Positions 1-7,690 of a DNA stretch of 64,000 bases are shown here, piece by piece. Numbering within the stretch: the first letter of the stretch is position 1; each line of letters begins with the position of its first letter. Below the pieces are notes generated by a model, which saw only the letters and a program-made list of their open reading frames with translations, ran no database searches and had not been told where the DNA came from. The stretch comes from Minisyncoccota bacterium (GTDB taxonomy: Bacteria > Patescibacteriota > Minisyncoccia > UBA6257 > GWB1-50-10), in the NCBI GenBank assembly GCA_035573955.1, contig DATLZO010000003.1, positions 255-64,254 on the forward strand, read 5' to 3'. Both the position numbers and the translations under genes were made by a program.

Positions 1-17
1 TAAGGCCTTTTTAAAAG

Positions 18-104
18 CAAAAACCACAACCGCCCTTTCGGACGGTTGTGGAATTGGGGTAATTCCTATCTCGATATCATCGGATAGGAATTAGCACATC
101 ACCG
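18..104 (-). ncRNA. Putative ~85-nt small RNA (hairpin plus terminator) directly downstream of the pentamer arrays
   Basis: Minus-strand promoter TTGCAT(139-134)-17nt-TACAAT(116-111), hairpin 60-93, terminator 24-51; no ORF in the track. Confidence 0.5.
19..51 (-). terminator. Intrinsic terminator
   Basis: Minus strand CCACAACCGUCC-GAAA-GGGCGGUUGUGG followed by UUUUU. Confidence 0.8.
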
Positions 105-127
105 AGAGGTATTGTATCACGTATTTC

Positions 128-153
128 TCAGGAATGCAAGTCAGGAATGCAAG
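128..153. repeat. 13-bp tandem duplication TCAGGAATGCAAG x2
   Basis: 128-140 is identical to 141-153. Confidence 0.9.
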
Positions 154-157
154 TGTT

Positions 158-198
158 GAAAATTAAATGGCCCGCCAACGCCGAAGCGTTGACGGGCC
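158..198 (-). terminator. Terminator-like hairpin closing the pentamer array transcript
   Basis: Minus strand GGCCCGUCAACGC-UUCG-GCGUUGGCGGGCC then AUUUAAUUUUC; the C(UUCG)G loop and G-U pair exist only on the minus strand. Confidence 0.75.
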
Positions 199-371
199 GC
201 CATACCTTACTGATACCTACCACACGGTACCACTCCACAACCTACCTCACCACATCCAACCAAACCTTACCTCACCTGACCAGACAAAACCAAACCGTAG
301 CCCACCAGACCTTACCAAACCGCGCCATACATCACCAAACCACACCACATCAAACCGAACCCTACCTCACC
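199..371 (-). repeat. Distal (GGY-NN)35 pentamer array; putative guide RNA (vrRNA-like)
   Basis: On + strand an RCC-like triplet recurs every 5 nt from 199 to 369 with no phase slip; 25 of 35 triplets are exactly ACC/GCC; the intervening dinucleotides vary. Confidence 0.85.
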
Positions 372-427
372 CTATTTATATCTAAATTACCTAGGGATGA
401 GTAGTTTGCGGACTTGGAATAGAGCCC

Positions 428-502
428 AAACCATACCAAACCAGACCCGACAGAACCATACCCCACTCCACCCAACCATACCTCACCGTAACTGACCTAA
501 CC
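428..502 (-). repeat. Proximal (GGT-NN)15 pentamer array; putative guide RNA (vrRNA-like)
   Basis: ACC every 5 nt from 430 to 500 on + strand (12 of 15 exact), variable dinucleotides. Confidence 0.85.
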
Positions 503-519
503 ATATTACACGAAACAGA

Positions 520-547
520 TGAGGGCGGATAGAATTATCCGCCCTCA
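520..547 (-). other. Perfect 12-bp hairpin between the RAMP gene stop and the first array
   Basis: TGAGGGCGGATA-gaat-TATCCGCCCTCA. Confidence 0.8.
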
Positions 548-556
548 CGCTCGGCT

Positions 557-1147
557 CTACACCTTCTCGAAGCTCACGATTCGGAACTGGCCGAACCGAG
601 GCCGGTAGTCGCCGACGCAGGCGGAACGGCCCGCTTCCTCGAGGGCGCTCTGGACGACCTCGAGCGGAATGGTGTCGTCGCCCACCTGGATCCGGAAGGC
701 GGCGCGCCAACCAGCCTCGAGCCACGGCCTGTGCCGGATGATCCGACCTTGGGTCGCCTTGATCTTCACCGGCCGGCTGTCAATCTTGAATGTGAAGAGC
801 GGCTTGCTCTTCGTGTCAGTGAGACCGATAAAGTCGGGCACGACCCCGAGCTGACCCTTGAAGGCGCCCTTATAGGTCTTCTTGCCGCGGCCCTTCACTT
901 GGAGACTCGAACCGGTGTTCACGATTGCGCCGAGGAAATGCTCGGCCGGCAGGCAGAGCTGGCCGACGTTCTCATCACCGTTCGGGTGGAGCCGATAGGC
1001 CACCTGCTCCGCCTCATCCTGCGGCGTGCGCTGCTGACGCTTGACCTTCTTGAGCTCGGACTCGAGCTCGGCCGAGGCCTCGACGCTGAACTTATGCATC
1101 AGTAAACCGCGGCCGACGCCTTCCACTACCACCTGGATCTCATACAT
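557..1147 (-). CDS. Stand-alone Cas7/RAMP-like protein (Vipr-like), 196 aa
   Basis: N-terminal beta strand plus LLMH, LCLPAEHFLGAI helix, RIIRHRP thumb-like region, C-terminal G-rich loop GRSACVGDYRPRFGQF typical of RAMPs; own promoter and RBS; GC-rich codons. Confidence 0.75.
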   Translation of the reverse strand: MYEIQVVVEGVGRGLLMHKFSVEASAELESELKKVKRQQRTPQDEAEQVAYRLHPNGDENVGQLCLPAEHFLGAIVNTGSSLQVKGRGKKTYKGAFKGQLGVVPDFIGLTDTKSKPLFTFKIDSRPVKIKATQGRIIRHRPWLEAGWRAAFRIQVGDDTIPLEVVQSALEEAGRSACVGDYRPRFGQFRIVSFEKV

Positions 1148-1192
1148 CTCCGCACCTCATGGGCTAGGGTTTCTAGTTTAAGAACCAGCAAT

Positions 1193-1221
1193 ACACTAAA
1201 TTATTTAAATAAAAATGTCAA
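1193..1221 (-). promoter_or_regulatory. Sigma70-type promoter for the RAMP gene
   Basis: TTGACA(1221-1216)-17nt-TAGTGT(1198-1193). Confidence 0.55.
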
Positions 1222-1952
1222 TATTCTTTTAATATCTCCTCTATCCGGCGCGTGTCGGGATGGAATTCCAGCTCATCGTCGCTGTAACGGAAACGCGGCT
1301 TAAAACCTAAAGCGCCGTTTTTGATTCCTTTTTCGATGTAATGAAGCTGAATTCTCTTCACAAACTTTTCAAAAAACCACCCCAAAAGCCAACTCTGCAA
1401 AACAAATTCAAAGAAAATTCTCAAAAACCATGCGCTATAATTAATTATAGCGCCAGCGGAGTTGGGATTGGAACTTTGCCAGTACTTTTCGTCAATTTTC
1501 CGCTCCGCCTCTTCGGCGGACAACGCCCAATCATTCGCCCTGAAAAATTCACGCACCGCTTTCTCCCGGCCATAAACAGGTACCATATTTAGATATAGTA
1601 CCCTCCAGTAATCATTGTAAGGCGGTGAAAGTCGGTAGGCTTTTGGCGTTAAGAAATGGTTAAAACAAACTTTGTCACTTGAGGTTGGTTTGTGGTCCAC
1701 CCCCCGCCGACGCAGGCCTAAAATTCCGAAGATGAAAACGCAAAAAGCCCTTACCGTGAATATCTTTCCCTTCCGCGCGCCAATAATCACGTCGAAATCC
1801 GAATCCTCGTGAACGTTGCCCTGCGCCAAAGAACCGGCCACAATCACAAAATCCAAAAAAGGAATCAAATAAAAAATCGGGCGGAGGCGCAAAAACTTCC
1901 GCCATTTCTCTTCGAGTAAACTATTCCGATTCGTCGGAGCTTCTCGGTCCAT
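1218..1952 (-). CDS. Pol-beta-superfamily nucleotidyltransferase-like protein
   Basis: GSLAQGNVHEDSDFDV matches the GS-x10-DxD NTase motif. Confidence 0.7.
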   Translation of the reverse strand: MDREAPTNRNSLLEEKWRKFLRLRPIFYLIPFLDFVIVAGSLAQGNVHEDSDFDVIIGARKGKIFTVRAFCVFIFGILGLRRRGVDHKPTSSDKVCFNHFLTPKAYRLSPPYNDYWRVLYLNMVPVYGREKAVREFFRANDWALSAEEAERKIDEKYWQSSNPNSAGAIINYSAWFLRIFFEFVLQSWLLGWFFEKFVKRIQLHYIEKGIKNGALGFKPRFRYSDDELEFHPDTRRIEEILKEY

Positions 1953-2961
1953 CGATGCTTACAGGTTCAATTTCCGCCGCCCGGCCGCTGATGCGCAAAA
2001 TATCCTTGTCAACTTTCCCAAGCTCCTTGTAGGCGCTGTTGTACATATTAACGGTGGTGCCCAGGTGCGTCCCCAATTTTTTCATGTAGTTTTCGTAACT
2101 CCCTAGATGCCGCCCGAGTTCTTCCACTCTTTTTCTGATTTCTTTGGCCGATTCTTCAATTTGGAGCGCCTTCAATCCTTGGAGCACAGTTTGGAGATAA
2201 GCGAGAAATGAGGTCGGCGAAACCACAATTACTTTTTTATCCACGATGGCATATTCAATCAAATCCCGCGTTTCCACCGACCCGACTTTATTTATGAGTA
2301 AATCGTAGTAAACCGCCTCCGCCGGAATGAACATGAAAGCAAAATCCATAGTGCTCTCACTTGGCTTGATGTATTTTGACGTCTCGTCAATTCTTGTCTT
2401 TAAATCATTACGGAATGCTTCTTCCAGCCGCTTTTTTTCCGCGTCGTCACGGGTGGCAATTAGACGGTTATAATTTTCCAAGCTGAATTTGGAGTCAATG
2501 GGAATGATTTTATCTTTGACAAAAACCACAGCATCAACAATAGTGCCGTCCTTGAATTCGTACTGCATCTTGTATGTGCCGGGCGGCATCACGTTCTTCA
2601 AGACCGTCTCGAGGTAATACTCCCCCAAAACGCCCCTTTGCTTCGGGTTTTTGAGGATATCCTGCAGTGATTTCAGTTGGTCGGCGAAATTTACAACCTG
2701 CTTGTTCGTCTCGTCGAGCCGCGTCAGGCGCTCCGTCACGTCCCGGATTATCTTCGCACTCTCCCCGAACTGCCGCTGCATCGCCTTGGTGGATTCACCA
2801 ATTTTAGAATCGATGGTGCGATTTAACTCGTTCAACTGCTGCTGGAGCATTAAAAGCGACTGGTTATTCCCTTCCGCGCCGCCTCGCTTCCAAACTAACC
2901 ATAAAAGTGCTCCGACTGCAGCGGCGAGAACCAGAAAAGCAATTGTAAGAGCGGTTTCCAT
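1921..2961 (-). CDS. rmuC: DNA recombination protein RmuC
   Basis: N-terminal TM, coiled coil, NPKQRGVLGE, PIDSKF, DFAFMFIPAE motifs. Confidence 0.92.
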   Translation of the reverse strand: METALTIAFLVLAAAVGALLWLVWKRGGAEGNNQSLLMLQQQLNELNRTIDSKIGESTKAMQRQFGESAKIIRDVTERLTRLDETNKQVVNFADQLKSLQDILKNPKQRGVLGEYYLETVLKNVMPPGTYKMQYEFKDGTIVDAVVFVKDKIIPIDSKFSLENYNRLIATRDDAEKKRLEEAFRNDLKTRIDETSKYIKPSESTMDFAFMFIPAEAVYYDLLINKVGSVETRDLIEYAIVDKKVIVVSPTSFLAYLQTVLQGLKALQIEESAKEIRKRVEELGRHLGSYENYMKKLGTHLGTTVNMYNSAYKELGKVDKDILRISGRAAEIEPVSIDGPRSSDESE

Positions 2962-2962
2962 G

Positions 2963-3337
2963 TCAGTTCACAGAGAATACAAGGCCGAGCACAACAAGAT
3001 TCAGCAAAGAAATGATCAAGGCCGCGGCCGCGAAGACGTAGGAGAGAGACCGCTCGCGGGTGTAGAAAACGCCGCTTAAAACGGAATTAATAACAAGGAG
3101 CACCGCGCCGCCGAACCAAATCTCCCAAATGTCGCTCTTTTCTCCCAAACTGTCGATACCCCGGAACTTGTCAAAGTGGATTAAGACTGGCGAAGCAACG
3201 TCACCAATGTTCACGATAACCAAAACCAAAGAGAATATGGTGACGAGTGCCGCGGCAACGAGGAGAACAGCTACCGTTTTCCTCTCCAAAAACAATTTTT
3301 TGACAATCCCCAACATGATTTTGCTTCCTGACATCAA
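2963..3337 (-). CDS. Small membrane protein (3 TM)
   Basis: Hydrophobic segments, directly upstream of rmuC; start uncertain. Confidence 0.7.
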   Translation of the reverse strand: MMSGSKIMLGIVKKLFLERKTVAVLLVAAALVTIFSLVLVIVNIGDVASPVLIHFDKFRGIDSLGEKSDIWEIWFGGAVLLVINSVLSGVFYTRERSLSYVFAAAALIISLLNLVVLGLVFSVN

Positions 3338-3355
3338 AATCTTATCATAATCTGA

Positions 3356-4231
3356 ATGGCCTCGCTAATTAAAAAGGTAATCGCAGGCGACACGAATTAC
3401 CCGCATCTCTTGAAAGAAGTCAAAGGCGCGCCGAAGGAACTTTATTACATGGGCGTTCTGCCTCAGTTCGAACCGATGGTCGCCGTGGTCGGCACTCGCA
3501 AGGCGACACCAGACGGCCTCGCGGTCGCAAAAAACATCGGTTTTGATCTCGCCCGCGCGGGCATCGTTGTCGTAAGCGGTCTCGCGCTCGGCATCGACGC
3601 CGCCTCCCACGAAGGCGCGCTTCGAGCTGGAGGCCGTACATTAGCCGTTCTCGGGAACGGCCTCGATACCATCTATCCGCATTCGCATTACAATCTCGCA
3701 CAAAAGATTCTGGATCAAAAAGGCGGCATCATCTCCGAATACCCACCCGGCACGCCGCCCCTGCCGCACCAATTCCTGGAGCGGAACCGTATCATAAGCG
3801 GCCTCGCGCTCGCAACAGTAGTAATAGAAGCGCCGATAGAGTCCGGGGCGCTTGTGACCGCCAAACACGCCCTGGATCAAGGCCGCGAGGTTTTCGTCGT
3901 GCCCGGCCGGGTGAGCCAGAACTACGAAGGTTCACACATGCTGCTGCGGAACGGGGCGCGAATTATCACCTCTGCCGCAGACGTTCTGGAAGATCTCTCC
4001 GAAGCGCTCGACTCCTACGATTTACCCGACAAAAAAGAAAAGGGAATTTCGACACGGGACGAAGCGTCGCTTTTAATATTGAAGACTCTCGAGAACGCCG
4101 AAGAACCAATTTACATTGACAAGATTGTTGAAATAACTAAACTTGACCCAAACGTTGTAAGTCAAAAACTTACCTTCCTCACTCTCGACGGAGCGATTGA
4201 AGAAACGAACGGCAAATTCCAAATCAAATGA
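3356..4231 (+). CDS. dprA: DNA-processing protein DprA
   Basis: VVGTR, VSGLALGID, FLERNRIISGL motifs. Confidence 0.95.
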   Translation: MASLIKKVIAGDTNYPHLLKEVKGAPKELYYMGVLPQFEPMVAVVGTRKATPDGLAVAKNIGFDLARAGIVVVSGLALGIDAASHEGALRAGGRTLAVLGNGLDTIYPHSHYNLAQKILDQKGGIISEYPPGTPPLPHQFLERNRIISGLALATVVIEAPIESGALVTAKHALDQGREVFVVPGRVSQNYEGSHMLLRNGARIITSAADVLEDLSEALDSYDLPDKKEKGISTRDEASLLILKTLENAEEPIYIDKIVEITKLDPNVVSQKLTFLTLDGAIEETNGKFQIK

Positions 4232-4232
4232 A

Positions 4233-4350
4233 TCCCGTTAAAGACAACAAAATATCATTCTAATGAATCATCCAAATCTAAAAACAAACCGAGTCATAGA
4301 AATCTGGTCGCAAAATTCACGGCTGCCTAAGGCAGCCTGTCTCTAACGGG
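4233..4350. mobile_element. MITE-like insertion (~118 bp) between dprA and topA
   Basis: Terminal inverted repeats CCCGTTAAAGACA(4234-4246) and TGTCTCTAACGGG(4338-4350); flanking direct repeat ATGAA. Confidence 0.65.
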
Positions 4351-6402
4351 ATGAACTTAGTGATAGTAGAATCCCCGACCAAGGCGAAAACCATCAGCCG
4401 GTTTCTGGGCGATAAATACAAGATAGAATCCTCCTACGGCCACGTCCGCGATCTCCCGAAATCCAAGCTCGGAGTGGACACTGAAAAAAACTTCGAGCCG
4501 CACTACATAATACCCGTGAAAGCCAAAAAGAACGTGACGATCCTGAAGAAACTTGCAGCGAAATCCGACCGAATTATTCTCGCAACTGATGAGGACCGCG
4601 AGGGCGAGGCCATCGCTTGGCACCTGACTCAAGCTCTTGGTTTGAATAACTCAAAATTCAAAATTCAAAATTCAAAATTGCCACAAGTGGAACGCATTGT
4701 CTTCCACGAGATCACCGAACGCGCGATTAAAGAAGCACTACAAAACCCAAGGGGGATCAATATGCACCTCGTGGACGCCCAACAGGCCCGGCGTGTCTTG
4801 GACCGTCTTGTTGGCTACCAACTCTCCCCTTTTCTTTGGAAAAAAATTGCTCGCGGTCTCTCGGCCGGCCGTGTCCAGTCTGTCGCACTCCGCTTAATTG
4901 TTGAACGAGAAGAAGAAATCCGCGCGTTCAAACCGGAGGAATACTGGACAATTTCTGCAATACTCGAAAAAGGAGGTTCGACCTCCAATAAAGAGATAAA
5001 ATCTCCCCAAATTGAAGCAATCCTATCTAAAATAAACGGTGAGATTCTGGATAAACTCGGAATTAAAAACGAAAAAGAGGCAGAGAAAATCACCGCCGAT
5101 CTTGAGAAAGCGGAGTATCGCATTATAAAAATTGAAAGCAAGGAAACACGTAAATACCCGTTGCCTCCCTTTACCACAAGTACCCTCCAACAAACGGCTT
5201 CCCAACGCCTGCGGATGAGCGTGAAACAGACGATGATGTTCGCCCAACGTCTTTACGAAAGCGGCCACATCACTTATATGCGCACCGACTCAGTGAATCT
5301 CTCCCGAGAATCACTGGAAGCGGCAGCGAAAATAATCAGCGATGAATTCGGTAAGGATTATCAGGGCGCCGCGCCCAGGATCTTTAAAGGTAAATCGCGC
5401 CTCGCCCAAGAAGCCCACGAGGCCATTAGACCGACAAACCCCGCTGTTACCCCAAGAAAAATAAAATTGGAAGACCCAAAAGAAGAAAAACTCTACGACC
5501 TTATTTGGCGCCGGTTCATTGCTTCCCAACTCCCCGAAGCCCGCTTCAACTCCACTACCGTAGACATTGAAGCGAAAGTAAAAACTAAAAACTATCAGCT
5601 AAAAGCTAGCGGTTTAATCATGAAATTTGATGGTTTTTTGAAAGTGTGGAGCCAGAAATTTGAAGAAAAAGAACTGCCCGAGCTTACCGAAGGCGAAAGA
5701 TTAGAAGTAAAAAAAGTGAATCCGCTCCAGCATTTCACCGAACCGCCGGCCCGCTACAACGAAGCCTCTCTCATCAAAAAATTGGAGATGGAGGGGATCG
5801 GCCGGCCTTCCACATACGCCCCGACTATTTCCGTAATCCAGACCCGCAATTATGTCCAAAAGAACGAAGCGCGGCGCTTCGAGCCAACCGAGCTCGGCAT
5901 ACTCGTAAACAAAGTTCTACGTGAACATTTCCCGGAAATAGTAGATATAGGCTTTACTGCCAAAATGGAAGATGAACTGGACGAAATTGCCGAAGGTAAG
6001 CAAAAATGGCAGAGCGTAATTCGGGAATTCTACGAACCATTTGCCAAGCACTTGGAGACGAAATATGAAGAAGTTTCCAAGCACGAACTCGTGCCGGAAG
6101 AAAAAACCGACGAGGTTTGCGAAAAATGCGGCAAGCCGATGGTAATTAAAACCGGCCGCTTTGGCCGCTTCCTCGCCTGCACCGGTTTTCCGGAGTGTAA
6201 AAACACCAAATCGCTCAAAAATAACGTCGGCATCACCGACGGCGACGGCAATAGAATGAAGTGTCCCAAATGCGGCGAGGGTGAGGTCATCCGCCGCCGC
6301 ACCAAAAAGGGTAGATTTTTCTACGGCTGCACCCGCTGGCCGGATTGCGACTTCGCAAGCTGGCAGAAACCAAACAATATAGAAGCGGACAAACGTGGAT
6401 AG
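4351..6402 (+). CDS. topA: DNA topoisomerase I
   Basis: IVESPTK, DEDREGE, SAGRVQS, ITYMRTD motifs; C-terminal Zn ribbons. Confidence 0.97.
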   Translation: MNLVIVESPTKAKTISRFLGDKYKIESSYGHVRDLPKSKLGVDTEKNFEPHYIIPVKAKKNVTILKKLAAKSDRIILATDEDREGEAIAWHLTQALGLNNSKFKIQNSKLPQVERIVFHEITERAIKEALQNPRGINMHLVDAQQARRVLDRLVGYQLSPFLWKKIARGLSAGRVQSVALRLIVEREEEIRAFKPEEYWTISAILEKGGSTSNKEIKSPQIEAILSKINGEILDKLGIKNEKEAEKITADLEKAEYRIIKIESKETRKYPLPPFTTSTLQQTASQRLRMSVKQTMMFAQRLYESGHITYMRTDSVNLSRESLEAAAKIISDEFGKDYQGAAPRIFKGKSRLAQEAHEAIRPTNPAVTPRKIKLEDPKEEKLYDLIWRRFIASQLPEARFNSTTVDIEAKVKTKNYQLKASGLIMKFDGFLKVWSQKFEEKELPELTEGERLEVKKVNPLQHFTEPPARYNEASLIKKLEMEGIGRPSTYAPTISVIQTRNYVQKNEARRFEPTELGILVNKVLREHFPEIVDIGFTAKMEDELDEIAEGKQKWQSVIREFYEPFAKHLETKYEEVSKHELVPEEKTDEVCEKCGKPMVIKTGRFGRFLACTGFPECKNTKSLKNNVGITDGDGNRMKCPKCGEGEVIRRRTKKGRFFYGCTRWPDCDFASWQKPNNIEADKRG

Positions 6403-6468
6403 CGACGCAGATTCACACAGACAAAATACGTCGTTATAACAGCGATAGCGAGAAAAACGAAGTTTTAC

Positions 6469-6510
6469 AAAAACCATAAATATCCACGGCCGTGGATATT
6501 TATGGTTTTT
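6469..6510. repeat. Perfect 42-bp palindrome
   Basis: AAAAACCATAAATATCCACGG|CCGTGGATATTTATGGTTTTT. Confidence 0.9.
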
Positions 6511-6647
6511 AATGGTAGAAGCGGTGCAAAATTACACCACCCACATCCCGAAAAGTTTCTACACTTCGGCAAAAATCTTGAAAATGCAAAGGGCGGGTCA
6601 GTGTATAGCTGCCCGCCCTGTGCGGTACTCTGGACTCGGGTTAAGCC

Positions 6648-7007
6648 CTACTCGCTCTTCTTGAGTCCGAGGATGTCCTCGTAAATTCTCTTGAAGACGA
6701 TGTCAGTGTGACTCATCGGGGCGGCGAGGAGCGAACCCACCGTACCCCTGATGTCTGGGTGCTGGAACTGGAGATCCTTCTCCCAGTGACGCTCGAACTC
6801 AGCGAGCACCTCGGACACCTTCCCCTTGTCGGTGGCGTGCATCAGCGCGTTCGTGAGAGCGAACGACAGCTCAGCGCCGTTCGCACCATCCGAGTACTGG
6901 TCGAAGAGCTCGAGCGCCTTCGGGTAGTGCTCACCGAGCTTCACCTCCAGCAACTGAGCGAACTGTTCGCGAGTGAGTTGAGGCGCCACTTGAGTACTCA
7001 TCGTCAC
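6648..7007 (-). CDS. Hypothetical protein (GC-rich orphan)
   Basis: Protein-like composition, GC-rich third codon positions, downstream hairpin ~6587-6623; start may be the ATG at 7001. Confidence 0.65.
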   Translation of the reverse strand: MTMSTQVAPQLTREQFAQLLEVKLGEHYPKALELFDQYSDGANGAELSFALTNALMHATDKGKVSEVLAEFERHWEKDLQFQHPDIRGTVGSLLAAPMSHTDIVFKRIYEDILGLKKSE

Positions 7008-7191
7008 TACTTGCCACGGGTTAATGTCAATGGACGGCCGATCTTAATGTAACATCAGTTACACGTCGTTCGTCAAGTATAACCACCCCCAACCCTCGCC
7101 GAGGGTTTTAAAATACCCCACCAACCCCATCCCGAAAAGCCCCGTTTTTACCTTCTCTAAAATTTATTTTCCCAATTTCCAGGCGCTATAA

Positions 7192-7584
7192 TTAACTATA
7201 GCGCCTGATTTTGCGAGGGAAAACCAGTTTGCCGCGCGGCATTACTACGCCTTTAGGACGGCGCTTAAGAAAAGGCATTGATGAATATTTCCGATGGACA
7301 ACCGGTTTCTTGGTTAAGTTGTGCTTTACAAAACTGATCGTGTTCGGGCTCACATCAATCGCCTTGCTTATCGCTCGATAACTCAATCCCCGCTCAAGGA
7401 GGACGGGAATAGCCAATCGTTTCTCAAGCATCGTTATCTCTGCGGACGTGAGAAATTTTTTGATATTTCCCGTCAATTCGTCCTCTGATTTTGATTTTTG
7501 AACCTCGATCAAAAACCGGCGCCAGGATTTCCGTTTCAACTCCTCCTCAAGATATTTTTTGCTCACTCTTACCATAGTCCGCAT
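7192..7584 (-). CDS. TrpR-like/YerC-family HTH protein
   Basis: FLTSAEITMLEKRLAI..LLERGLSYRAISKAIDVSPNTISFV. Confidence 0.75.
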   Translation of the reverse strand: MRTMVRVSKKYLEEELKRKSWRRFLIEVQKSKSEDELTGNIKKFLTSAEITMLEKRLAIPVLLERGLSYRAISKAIDVSPNTISFVKHNLTKKPVVHRKYSSMPFLKRRPKGVVMPRGKLVFPRKIRRYS

Positions 7585-7690
7585 TTTTAATTATTTCCAC
7601 ATTTTTATTTTTCTACCTTGACATGATATCATACTGCTATAATTAATTATAGCAACAAATTTAGTAAAAATAATTGGTTTCTTATCCGGC

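Noticed and set aside
147-404. ORFs 147..404 and 167..385 (T/P/H/Q-rich)
   Set aside because: By-products of the stop-poor ACC-NN periodicity; the hairpins and the adjacent gene point to a minus-strand RNA.
199-502. Classical CRISPR array or simple microsatellite
   Set aside because: No 25-45-bp repeats with spacers; the units vary at two fixed positions rather than being identical.
1218-1952. Nucleotidyltransferase as an effector of the RAMP system
   Set aside because: It overlaps rmuC, has host-like AT-rich composition, and the RAMP gene has its own promoter; no evidence of linkage.
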